DNA from: Curvularia clavata
Taxonomy: Eukaryota
DNA: 64,000 nt
Assembly (NCBI GenBank): GCA_023920165.1
Contig: CP089274.1
Coordinates: 744,001 to 808,000 of the forward strand
Direction: 5' to 3'
The translations under genes were made by a program, and so were the position numbers. Shown here in pieces: positions 48,988 to 61,187 of this stretch (position 1 is the stretch's first letter; every line of letters starts with the position of its first letter). The notes beneath the pieces are model-generated. The model was not told the DNA's origin. It ran no database searches and saw only the letters and a program-made list of their open reading frames with translations.

Positions 48988-51593
48988 ATGATGGACGGTT
49001 TTTCAGCAAAGTACATTTCGGCGGTACTAATCTACCTGCTCGCAACATCCACGGCTGCACAGCAAAACTCCTCACAGCCACAAGACAATTCCGGATTCCA
49101 ATATGTTGACCCACTCATTGGAACAATCAATGGAGGTTTGTAGGCCGCAGTCGTCTCCAAGTGCAACAAACTAATTACAAATAGGTCATGTGTTTCCAGG
49201 TGCGACTCTGCCGTTTGGTAAGTAACAGACTTTTAGGCAATTTATACGGTAGCATTCTGATCTTGTTAGGCATGGCAAAAGCTGGGCCTGATGTGATTGG
49301 AGAAAACCAAGGAGGATTTTCTTCATATGATGAGGATCCCATTTATGGATTTTCCCACATGCATGACTCTGGCACCGGTGGATCACCATCACTCGGGAAC
49401 TTTCCAATTTTCGCCCAGTCTGGTTGCCCAAATGACGATATCAATGCATGCCAATACATGAAAACTGAACGAGCCAAGAATCGTACTCTGGGGAGCGTAC
49501 ATGCTAAACCCGGATACATTGATATCACGTTGGAAAACAACATCAGGACAGAGTCCACGGTAACAAATCGCACGGCTTTGTACCGTATGACTTTTCCAGA
49601 AACTCCAACAACACCAAATACGACGTTGAGTCCGCACATCCTGGTCGAGCTTACAGACCTGCCCAACACAAGGAGCGAAGGCAATGTTACTGTAGATGAG
49701 AAGACCGGGCGCGTCACTGGTAGCGGTGTCTTTTCGCCATCTTTTGGGATTGGGGTCTATCGATCTTTTTTCTGTCTCGATTTCCAAGGCGCGAGCGTCA
49801 GGCGAGCGGGTGTTTGGTCCAATACCCGAGCAACTTCGGAAGTATCATCGCTTAATATTCTACCAGGAGATGTCCGCCAAACGACCAATGATCGGCCAGC
49901 AGGTGGATGGGTGCAATTTGAGAAGCCTACTCAAAATAACCAAATCTTGGCGAGGGTCGGTGTGAGCCTGATCAGCGAAGAGCAGGCTTGTAGTAATGCT
50001 GAACGCGAGATACCTTCGTTCGATTTTGATGAGGTGGTTGCAGCCGCTGAAACTGCCTGGCGCTCCAAACTTGATGTTATCCAAATCGAAAGCGGAGCTG
50101 TAGACAAGAGTTACCTCACAGCATTCTGGAGCGGCGTATACAGGTCTATGATCAGCCCGCAAGATTATACTGGCGAGAACCCTTACTGGAAGTCTGACGA
50201 GCCTTACTATGACTCGTATTACTGCATCTGGGATAGTTTCAGATCGATCCATCCATTGCTTACGATACTGGATCCGCATAGCCAGACACTGATGATCAGA
50301 AGCTTGCTCGATATCTACCGTCATGAAGGATGGCTGCCAGATTGCCGGATGAGCCTATGCAAAGGGTTTACTCAGGGAGGCTCGAATGCAGATGTTGTCA
50401 TCACTGATGCTTATTTGAAGAATATCAGCACTGGTATTGATTGGGACTTGGCATATGAGGCCGTTGTTAAAGATGCAGAAGTTGAACCACCGAACTGGGA
50501 TGTTGAAGGTAACATCTTCATTTGATATGTTTCATCTACCAGAGCGACGCTAACGTATTGTTTTTCAGGCAGAGGCGGTCTTCAATCTTGGAAAACCCTT
50601 GGCTACATACCTACCGACAACATGGATTTCGACGGCATAGGCACTGAGACGCGATCCATCTCGCGAACTGTCGAATACGCTTACAATGACTTTACCATCG
50701 CTCTACTAGCCCGTGGACTTGGCCACACAGCCGACTACCAAAAGTACCTGTCGCGTTCTGCAAACTGGAAGAACATGTTCAAACCTGATCAACGCAGCAT
50801 CGTCAATGGCGTTGACACTGGCTTCGAGGGCTTTCTGCAGCCACGATACCAGAACGGCACCTGGGGACTCCAAGACCCTATTTTCTGCTCTCCTCTCCTT
50901 AACTTCACTTCGTGCTATCTCAATCCACAAGGTGGCGAAACATACGAAGGACCAGTCTGGCTGTACACATTCTTTGCGCCCGGCGACATGGCAACACTGA
51001 TCACCACACTGGGTGGACCCGAGCGCTTCACCGAGCGCCTAAACTGGTTCCACGAATCCGGCGCGTTATACGTTGGCGACGAGCAGTCATTCCTTAACGT
51101 CTTTCTATACCACTACTCTGGTCGGCCTGCTCTCTCCGCCGAACGAGCTCACCAATACATTCCCTCGCAATTCAATGACACCATCGGTGGCATCCCAGGT
51201 AACGACGATAGCGGCGCCATGGGCTCCTTCCAAGCCCTCGTTGCCATGGGCTTTTTCCCGAATCCGGGCCAGGATGTGTATTTCATCATTCCTCCGTTTT
51301 TCGAATCCGTCTCAATTAAGAATGGGCAGACGGGTAAGACGGCGACGATCAGAAATGTCAATTTTGATCCGAGCTATAAGAATATTTACATTCAGTCTGC
51401 TACGCTGGATGGTAAGCCATATACACGCAACTGGATTCAACATAGCTTCTTCCTCGATGGCGGCGTGCTGGAGCTCACGCTGGGACCGCAAGAAAGTACC
51501 TGGGGTACAGGTGAGGATGATGTGCCACCGAGTTTGGGGCCTGCTGCGAATGTTACGGCTAGCATGAGTGGGGAGAGACGCTGGGAGATGTGA
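48988..51593 (+). CDS. Glycoside hydrolase family 92 alpha-1,2-mannosidase, secreted; 3 introns
   Basis: Signal peptide, YVDPLIGT..GG|HVFPGATLPF|GMAK, GFSHMHDSGTGG, WDSFRS, TQGGSNAD, SRTVEYAYND and PGNDDSGAM. Confidence 0.95.
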
Positions 51594-52047
51594 AATAATC
51601 TGGGTCAAACCAAAGGATGGGTACTCTCTAGAGATTTTCCATGTGCAATAGGTTCTTCCCATTCGTGGTGTCAGGGGTATCATGGGATTCATGCAAGGAT
51701 GAATAGTAATATCTTACCTACTATTCCGACATTGTACCCCATTCTACAGCGTGAAACGCTTTGCTTACCCCGAATTTCTTCTTTGCGGACATTGTGAATA
51801 TCCATTGTACATACCTTGTCATTGTGTATACAGCATGATATCCACCATGTGTTCACAATGTGCGATTCCCGTCCCCCTCCGCATACCTACATAAACCCCA
51901 TAGAATTCTTCCCATAGAGGAGGCTGTCCGTTCATCAACTCACAGAAATACAGTCCATTCGAGCAGACGATCTTCTCATTTCAAGCAAAAGACTAGCAAG
52001 AAACTTACACTCACGCAGGCCAGTTAATTGCGCACTTCTCTCACAAA

Positions 52048-53082
52048 ATGGCTAACGGTCAGCCACCTTTCCGTGGTAGGGTCCAAGACGTTAGTCCCAG
52101 TCCAGCTGCTTCCCAGTTGCGGCGTGGTCGTCGCCCTCTGATTGACGATGACGACGTCGATGAAGGTATGCCAGGCCTGAACAGGTTCCCTCCGAGCCGG
52201 ATCCCACGATTTGGGGCTCTTGTGCAGACTGATGCTGATGGGAACACTCATGAGCTGTTGCAGGGCGTCGGAGGCCGAATTCATCATTATGTCCGTACTG
52301 GGGACAACTTGGTGACACGTGATATGGGCGAAGAACCTACTTCCGCTCCGAGGAGCCCTCTTCGGAACAACCATCCCCATTACCTTGAGGTGGGTGGTCA
52401 TGCATCAGGACACTTCAACATGGCTTTCTCGGAGCTATATGATCCCTTCTCTGAGTTCGGCCCCGGGAGCCCACGCGGCGGTCTTGCTCGTCGTGGAGAT
52501 GTTGGTGGTCGGGACGACTTTCCCGTGGAGCTTCCATACGGTGCTATGTTTGGCACTTTTAGGGCAGCAATCGAAGCTCTGGATTCGCCATCTGATGCTA
52601 GAGTTCCTGGTATCACCAAAGAAGCTGCAGCGGAGTTTATCAGCCATTTCACGCAGCCTATTACCGATGACGATGAACACTGCACTCCCAACACAGAGTG
52701 CCCGATTTGTCTGGAGCCGCCTACTGAGACACATGAATGCGTGCGGATTACGAACATTCCCGGATGTACTCACCTCATCGGACGTGAGTGTTTGGAAGGG
52801 TTGCTACTGACTCAAGGTACACAGGGCAGGAGGGTATGCCCACTCTGCCGCACGGAGTGGATGGTTGAAGAGCAACAGAATTCGGGGGGCCTTGGTGATT
52901 CTCCTCCTGAACATCAGGGTCAAGGTGAGTTTGACGGCTCTCCTCGTGATAGGCGCGCAGGCCCCGGTATGGGTGGCCTTCGTCCTCCGCATGACAACCT
53001 CCGTCGCAGCGATCGGCGTCCAACAAACCATTCACCAGTATACGCTCCTGAGGCACATTCACCCGATGATGAGATCTTCTAA
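52048..53082 (+). CDS. RING-finger-like protein (putative E3 ligase) with disordered flanks
   Basis: CPIC-x-CTHLIGREC-x-CPLCR pattern in a 344-aa ORF with start context aaaATGG. Confidence 0.75.
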   Translation: MANGQPPFRGRVQDVSPSPAASQLRRGRRPLIDDDDVDEGMPGLNRFPPSRIPRFGALVQTDADGNTHELLQGVGGRIHHYVRTGDNLVTRDMGEEPTSAPRSPLRNNHPHYLEVGGHASGHFNMAFSELYDPFSEFGPGSPRGGLARRGDVGGRDDFPVELPYGAMFGTFRAAIEALDSPSDARVPGITKEAAAEFISHFTQPITDDDEHCTPNTECPICLEPPTETHECVRITNIPGCTHLIGRECLEGLLLTQGTQGRRVCPLCRTEWMVEEQQNSGGLGDSPPEHQGQGEFDGSPRDRRAGPGMGGLRPPHDNLRRSDRRPTNHSPVYAPEAHSPDDEIF

Positions 53083-55508
53083 ACCAGTGTTGGGGGCTGC
53101 GGTCACACTGGCGCATCTGATCGATTCTGAGATATTTTCGACTTTTAATCGCTCAGGTCGCATGGACGCATCTACAGCAGGACGGCTTGGACAAATTGGT
53201 GATGGACTACGTGAGTGATTATTTCCTATGTTTCTTTTTTTCTAGTGTCTTTGGTTAAGGATTTGGATGGCAGTGTTTAGTTTTCTGGTAAATCGCTCGC
53301 GCGATGCTCGATGGAGTACAGCAGGGGGTGGGACGAGAGGGCCAGGGTCAGATCTTTGGTGGAAACAACTTGCTCAGCAAGAATCTCTCGATCCTTCGGT
53401 ATATTGATCCGCATGAGGGGTCACACACAAAAAAGATAACCGTAGAATGCAACTTGTTGGTTTCACCCATACCATGTTCGTTTTCAGGTACACTTGCATG
53501 TAATTTTTCCAGTCCACAGGACAGGCATGCCAGGCGAAGCTACTGCACGACCAAAAGATAAACTTGCGATAAAGCGGTGAGCGATAAATGATATACCAAT
53601 AAACATCTTTAGGACCACAAATGTCGTGCTCATATTGTGAAGTGCCAGTAAGTGACGTCGCTTTAGAGTAGACTAGACCGGATCGACAGGCTCCACATGG
53701 CATGAGTGGTGAATGTGGGTGGTGTTTGAGGAAATGCCGCAGTGCCACGGGTTCATAGGGTACATCGACAAAGTCCAATTACGATGCTGAGGGCGCTCAG
53801 CTTGGCTGTCCACCCCCTCAGCAACCGGTGTAAACATTGTATGACGAGTGGCTCTTTGACTGATAGCGAGATGCATGCCGTGTGCATGCCAATGCTGGCT
53901 GGACACCGTATGACGGGTTTGGGCCGAGCCATCCGATTTCAGCGCCTCGGCCCCGCACAGTGTTGGCCCGCTTGCCGTACAGGCCCCCTCCCCCCTTCGC
54001 CCATCGATCGTCATGGGCCTCCTGACATACTAGAGCGTAATATGCACGGAACACGTTTGGAACGCACTGCTGAACCTGACATTGTGACGTTTTTTTGCCG
54101 TGCTAGACCGGTTTATTGTACGTAAACCGTGGCTTCTGGACTTTGGCATTGTGTGGAAAATGGCATCATAGCACGCGACAGCAAATGTCTAGATGCCCTA
54201 ATGCTGTACGTGTAAGATGGGTGAGAAAACCGGCAACGCAACAGCTTGCGACAAAGCCTTCTTGGCTGCGGCTTCTTGCGGTTCAGTCGTAAGAAGCTGG
54301 CGTTTAGCTGCAGATGGAGGTAGATCTAGAAAAGGTCTCCCCGTTCTTCTTGCATGGGCCCCATTGTGTTACGCGCGAGTCGTTAACGAGCACCTAGACG
54401 CCTCAAACGACGTCCACTAGCAACGTGGTTTTGACAGATAGCTAGCTGGTGCTCGGACTCGCCAACAAAGACGCAACTATATTGTGAGCTGGCGTGATTG
54501 ACCACTGCGATAGCAGACGGAGAGTGCGTGATCACGGAATGCTCACTTGTGGCGTAGCACGCCGGGTCTTACACGATGCACAGACGATCCACTATAAACA
54601 AGGGTACTTGGTCCATTGTCATTTTCAGCGCAAGGCGAATAGCGAATAGCGAATGGGGGATATTGGCATGTGTCATCTGTGAATTTTCAACAGCCGTCTT
54701 GCTTGCCTTTACGGAACGTGGCGAGTGCTCCGCAGCTGGCGTATGCAATGCCACAGAATTAGCTCGTCATGGGATGCCGCTATGCGTACTATGCGTGCCT
54801 GGATCAAACCAGCTGCGTCACGAACAGCTCTTGAGTTCCTCGGCGCAAAGCAGCTTCAAACATAGGGCTGACAATAATGAGGCTTTTTGCTACCGCGAAA
54901 CATCTGTATGGTACAGATGCGTAGAGCCCAATTTAGCCTGGCGCTCATAGTGAATCACACCGCTCTCGAACGGGCAAGCTGGAAGTGAAAAAAAACCTGG
55001 GGAAGCGCTACCGCTACCCGATGGTCCAGGGGTAACATGGGAGAAAAAATGGCGCACGTCTGGGCTACCACGATTCTGTACTAGGAAACAATCAGCCCTC
55101 TCGACTGCCTTGCATTGGCTCGGGCTGGTTGCGGTGCATGCATCGGGGCCTCTCCTTGTGTGGAACTTATCGTGACGGTGTCGTTTGTCTTGTTTCTGAT
55201 TATGCGGTGAGTCTGCCCGATCGTGATGGGCCCCAAGGTCACTCGATCCCCTGGCAGTTGCTGACTTGGGCGGCGTATAAAGCTCCCATCTGCTGCCCTC
55301 CCTCGAAGCAGAAAAACATCAACAACCCTAGCACCAATCAAGAGTCTGAGACTAGACTCATTGCAAGACGGGATCGACGCCAGAGAACTACCCTCATACA
55401 AACCTCCAACCACCTCGACTACTATTCCCAAATTAGCACTCTGCCTGCTGCACGCACTTGGCACTTCCACATTCCTATCATCTTTCAAATTTCATACCAC
55501 ACATCATC

Positions 55509-55860
55509 ATGCCTGCTCTTCCATTCAACTCGTCAGCTGCTTCGTCGGCTTCATCTTCACCTACCTTGTCGCCTACCTCGACGCCTTCGATAGTTCTCCA
55601 TCCCGCATCGGGTATATTTGATCAATCGTGCTAAAGCCTTCAATCTAATCGTTCCAGCAGGTATCTCATTAGAGAAGAAGGAGCTTCACAGGCCCAGACA
55701 AGATCCAGCGCATGCCTACCGCATGCGTTACGCGCAGTACCTCGCAGCCACTTTTGGGTTCTCAATGCAAGCCGCCCTCGCCGAGGCTGACTGCCAGCTT
55801 GCGCCCAAGCGGTCGTCGAGTACGGGCATGTCTGAAGCCGAGTCGTATCGGTCAATTTGA
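55509..55860 (+). CDS. Small hypothetical protein (about 100 aa); intron 55612-55657
   Basis: catcATG is followed by a Ser/Pro-rich exon. The intron GTATAT...CTAAT...CAG joins it in frame to the 55618-55860 ORF (AYRMRYAQYLAATFGFSMQAALAEADCQL). Confidence 0.5.
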
Positions 55861-56829
55861 GAGGGTGCGAGGTTCAGGATCCTGCAGAGGGGTGTTTATG
55901 ACGTTACGAACTGCACGCAAAGGCGCGATTAATAGGGAGTTTGGGACGGATTTTGTTTGGTGTACTCTGGTACACGTGCTGCAATTAAAAGCGATATTTC
56001 TTTCTTCCCTTTCCATGACTGTGTTGTTGATGCTGATTTCGCTGTCGTTGCCTGCGGGTGCAACATGATTCAAAAGCCATCTATGCCCGGAGCACAGTGG
56101 TGTCGAGTCGCGGAGGATGTCCAAAGAAGATTGTGTGGGGAGAAAAGAGGGGACGGCGTACAACTGTAACAACGGCTACCCCCCACACATCGGCGCGTCT
56201 ACGCCTGGGACCACTCAGCGCACGTGACCGGACTGGGGTAGTGAGGGAGGCTCAACCCCAACGACGCTCCGACTCTCGCAGAGCCGCAAGACGTTTTCCG
56301 GCCAACATGAGGCTCTACCATGCTCACCTTCCTCTATTGACACTGCCAATGCTTATGCTTGACTCAGCAACAGACCATCGCACCACCCTCCCCGCGTTCT
56401 TCGGCCATTTCTCCGCGAAAACGCTCCACACGTACCCGGCCGCGCTACGAACTGCCCAACAGTTGCATCTTTGAGAGCACACCGTTTGGGACTGTACGTG
56501 TCTAATTCTGGCTACCATGGCTGGCGACTGGTGCTCTGTTGATTGGCTATACCCCGCTTCCATCATCTGATAAGTCGTCTACGTGGCAAGCCTCATCAAG
56601 TCAGCCACTATAGGTTGCTGCTTACCAGCACACCATGAACGAACCGCTCGCAGTGTCAATCGACTGACTGCGTGGTATCGTCACTGAAGCATTCAATGGT
56701 TCCCAGGTGGATCGCTCAACGAATAAGTTCGGTATCTTCGTCCGAAAAACAAACTGCGAGCCAACTTTGCCGCATGATGCGTTCTCAATGCCAACAGGCT
56801 AGATGTCTCGGCATCATGGCATCGCAGCT

Positions 56830-56897
56830 CACAGCCACCCAAACGCTCATGGAATCCGGGAATCGGCGACGGAATTTCTTGGATTCCGCCAGCCAAG
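56830..56897. promoter_or_regulatory. Candidate Crz1/CrzA site (CACAGCCAC, 56830-56838) and PacC site (GCCAAG, 56892-56897) upstream of the ENA ATPase
   Basis: Exact matches to the known consensus motifs G[TG]GGC[TA]G[TG]G (reverse strand) and GCCARG, about 370-430 bp upstream of a gene class known to be regulated by these factors. Short motifs can occur by chance. Confidence 0.45.
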
Positions 56898-57263
56898 CTT
56901 CTTATCGTTTTGCCATCGAGCAATCGCAAGGGAGCCCACCTCGTGGCGAGGTATCGATACTAACCGGTACAATCAGATTTGTGGATTCGTTTGATTTTAC
57001 CGGCATCACCTGACTGTTCTGCTTGCTGTAATCGTACGTGCTAACGCAACATGTCTTGGAGCGTCTCCATTCGCATCGAACAGTGAGGCGTCTTTGAAGA
57101 CCGCTTCCAAGACATCCCCACGCTTGGGAGGACCCACGTCGCCCGCTTAGCGTGAGCAACCCCGCCTAAACCTGGAGGCAAGCCACCTATAACTACTCCC
57201 CGCCACGGCCCTAACATGGCTCTCTACCACCAACACGTTAACAGTGTTATCACATATACTTGA

Positions 57264-60200
57264 ATGGGTGAAACTGTGCTGCCTACCGTCGAGGAGACAT
57301 CTCCTAACGTCGATGAACCCCCTATATGTGGTTTAAAGCAGCCGCATTCTTCATCTCCCCAAAGGCAACATCAGCCACACCCTAGCGATGGCGACACTTC
57401 GCCCGCACTCCACGCTCCGCACACCCTCACCTCCGAAGAGATTGCAGAGCAACTGGGAGTGGACATCAAGTAGGAGTGGCCCTTGCAACCTGCCTCAGTA
57501 ATGTTGCTAACCATCCCAGCCATGGACTCTCTCATTCTGAAGCGGAATCTCGCCTCCAGCTCTATGGCCCTAACAAGGTTAAGGGAGCTGAAGGGCTTTC
57601 CATGTGGAAAATTCTGCTAAGGCAAATCTCCAACAGTCTCACGTTTGTTCTCATCATTGTCATGGCCATAAGCTTTGGCATTAACGACTACATCGAAGCC
57701 GGCGTCATCACTGCAGTCATCCTCCTGAACATCGTTGTTGGTTTCTGGCAGGACTACAGGGCTGAGAAGACGATTGAATCTCTTAAGAAGCTCACTGCTC
57801 CAGAGGCTACCGTAACCCGTAACGGCACTGCCGATATCAAAGTCAAGGCAGTGGACCTTGTTCCTGGTGATATTGTTCAGCTGTCGGTTGGTAGCATCGT
57901 TCCTGCCGATATCCGCCTTATCGACGGTGTCAACGCATACACCAACGAAGCCTTCCTCACTGGAGAATCTGCGCCGGTCGAGAAGACACCACAAAAGGTT
58001 TTCGATGACGATGATCTGGCCACTGGTGATCGAACCAACCTTGCCTTCTCTGGCAGTGAGGTCACTTCTGGACGCTGTCACGGCATTGTAGTCGCAACTG
58101 GCATGAACACTGAGGTCGGAAAGATTGCCACCATGCTTCGCCAGAAGAAGGACGCCGCTCCTGAGTCTTCAAGTATCTTCGTCCGCATCTTCAAGCGATT
58201 CATCAACGGAGGCAAGACCATCCTTGGTCTTGTCGGAACCCCGCTCCAGATCACATTGAGCAAGTTTGCTCTTCTACTATTTGGCCTCGCTATCCTTCTA
58301 GCCATCATCGTCTTCTCTGCAAGCAAATGGCAGATTGGTGGCGAGGTCCTCATCTATGGTATCTGTGTCGCGGTCGCTGTCATCCCAGAATCGCTCATTG
58401 CGGTCCTCACAATTACCATCGCGGTTGGTGGTAAGGCAATGGCAAAGGCCAACGTCATTACCCGAGTTCAGTCAGCTATCGAGGCTGTCGGAGGTGTCAC
58501 CAACATTTGTTCCGACAAGACCGGTACTCTTACTCAAGGTCGCATGGTCGCAAAAACAGCCCTTGTAAGAGGTGCTGGCACGTTCACAGTCGATGGAATC
58601 ACCGATCCACACAACCCCACCAGCGGTAACGTCGCGATGAACAACCAGGAGCTCAACCTGGATGACTTCAGGCCAGACGCTACTGTCAATCGCTTCTTGC
58701 GCACCATCTCTCTGTGCAACAACTCCAAGGTCATACCACCATCAGAAATACGCATCGAACCTCCAAGCGACAAGAAGATTGCCGCTTTTGACCATGGCGT
58801 CAGTGGAGATGAACGCGACACTGACGCATCTACCATTGACACCATCTCTCGCCCACCCACTGCCATCGTGCAGGGTGTGTCTGAAGGAAACTGGGCAGCG
58901 CATGGTGAGCCTACTGAGGTTGCTCTACACATCCTTGCGTCCCGTTTCAACATGGGCAAAGAACAAATCCTTGCTACTTCCAACATCCATCTTGCTACCG
59001 AGTTCTCATTTGACTCCAAGGTCAAGAAGATGAGTGTCATCTACAAGGACAACCACACTGGTCATATGGACGTTTACACGAAGGGTGCAACTGAATTCAT
59101 GATTCCCGCCCTCGATGTCTCCGAGCACGAAAAGGCCGACATCCTTGAGGCTGCTGAAAACATGGCTAACCAAGGCCTGCGTGTCCTTTGCATTGCCCAC
59201 AAGCCGCTACAGCCCAATGCCGACATCTCTGAACGCGATGTTGTCGAGTCCAAGCTCAACTACCTCGGTCTCGTCGCCATCTATGACCCGCCTCGTCTGG
59301 AGACCAAGGGTGCCGTTCGTGAATGTAAGATTGCCGGTATTACTGTTCACATGCTCACTGGTGACCATCCTGGTACGGCGAGAGCCATTGCCAAGGATGT
59401 GGACATCATCGATGAGCACACCCCTGCCTCAGCTGTCATGGTCGCCAAAGATTTCGACAAGATGACTGATGCAGAGGTCGATGCTATGGAGACTCTTCCT
59501 CTTGTCATTGCCAGATGCAGTCCTACAACCAAGGTCAAGATGGTGCAAGCCCTCCATCGCAGGGGTCGCTTCTGTGTCATGACTGGTGACGGTGTCAACG
59601 ACTCGCCGGCGCTCAAGCAAGCCAACGTCGGCATGGCTATGGGCACTGGTTCTGATGTCGCAAAGGACGCTGCTGAAATGGTTCTGACTGACGACAACTT
59701 CGCTTCCATCGTCAAGGCTGTCGAAGAAGGCCGACGTCTGTTTGACAACATCCAGAAGTTCCTGATGCATCTCCTCATCTCCAACATCGCCCAAGTCATT
59801 CTCCTCCTCATTGGTCTCGCGTTCAAGGACCAAGACAACCACTCCATCTTCCCTCTTTCTCCAATTGAGATTCTCTGGGTCAACCTCATCACCTCGTCCT
59901 TCCTTGCTATCGGCCTCGGTCTCGAAGAGTCACAAGAAGACAGCATGTTCCGCCCGCCACACGACAACAAAAAGGGTGTCTTCTCTACAGAACTCATCAC
60001 TGACAAGTTCATCTATGGTTTCTTCATGGGTGCCCTCTGTCTCTTCTCTTTTGCTATCGTCGCCTACGTCGGTCCTGGAGGTGGCAACCTCGGCTCCGGC
60101 TGTAACGAAGGTTACAACGATACTTGCGACGTCGTGTTCCGCGCGCGCGCAACCACCTACGCGACCATTACCCTGCTTCTGCTCGTCACAGCATGGGAGG

Positions 60201-60574
60201 TCAAACACTTCTCTCGCTCCTTGTTCAACATGTATCCCAACTCTTCGCACGGCGCGCCAAAGGGTCTTTCCATCTTCCCTACTCTCTGGCGCAACCGCTT
60301 CCTCTTCTTCGCCGTCATTGCCGGTCTCGTCATCGTCTTCCCTATTGTCTACCTCCCTGTCATCAACAAGAAGGTGTTCAAGCACAGTGCTATCACATGG
60401 GAGTGGGGCGTCGCTTTCGGCTGCGTGGCCATCTACGTGTCGGCCATCGAGATCTGGAAGGCAATCAAGCGCAGCATGGGCATTTGGTCTGGCGCTCACC
60501 GCGTGATTAGTCGCGAGGATGCGGAAGCCAGGGCAGGGCTTAACGGCGCTGCTCCCGTTATGAGGGAGAAGTAG
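57264..60574 (+). CDS. ENA1: P-type IID Na+/K+-exporting ATPase (ENA family); intron 57470-57519
   Basis: TNEAFLTGES, AVIPESL, CSDKTGTLT (phosphorylation site), KGA, VHMLTGDHPGTA and MTGDGVNDSPAL, with 10-TM organisation. VHMLTGDH and DVVFRARAT are typical of fungal ENA pumps. Confidence 0.92.
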
Positions 60575-61187
60575 AAGGGGAGGGTTACTGATGGTGGGAG
60601 GAGTTGGAACTAAATTGTTGTCTGCGTTGTGTTGTTTACTTTCTTTGGATCGACCCTTGGTCTTTCTCTAAGTGCCGGTCAGGCACTTTCATGACTGAAT
60701 GAATCGCGATAGACTCATGTAGCTATCTATGATGGGCTTTGTGCTCAGTCGGACGAAATCAAATTTGATTCGCTCTTTAACCTCTGTTTTGCTTTACTCC
60801 AGTGTGCATGTGTACTTGTTCCAGAGTGAACATCTCCACTTTGACTTAATTCTGTGTATCTCAGAAACACGACTGTAGGTATCAGCCTTGCATTGTGAAT
60901 TGAGCATCGCACATGTTTGGCCATCATACTCCCCAGTCAATACACATAACGTGTAATGTATGAGAAAACCACATGCTCTTGTATCTACCCATGCAAATAC
61001 TTCAGATCAATCCACGAACAACTAGAAGCAAAATCAAGAGTTGGCGAACAGCTACTTCATAGCATCAATGTACTCATATCTGCCATACAAAGCTCTCCAC
61101 CCTTCATCACTATCATCATCATGAATAACTCTATGTCCTTCTATCAAACCCCACACGCCCACCTACCCAACTCCCAACCCCTTCTAA

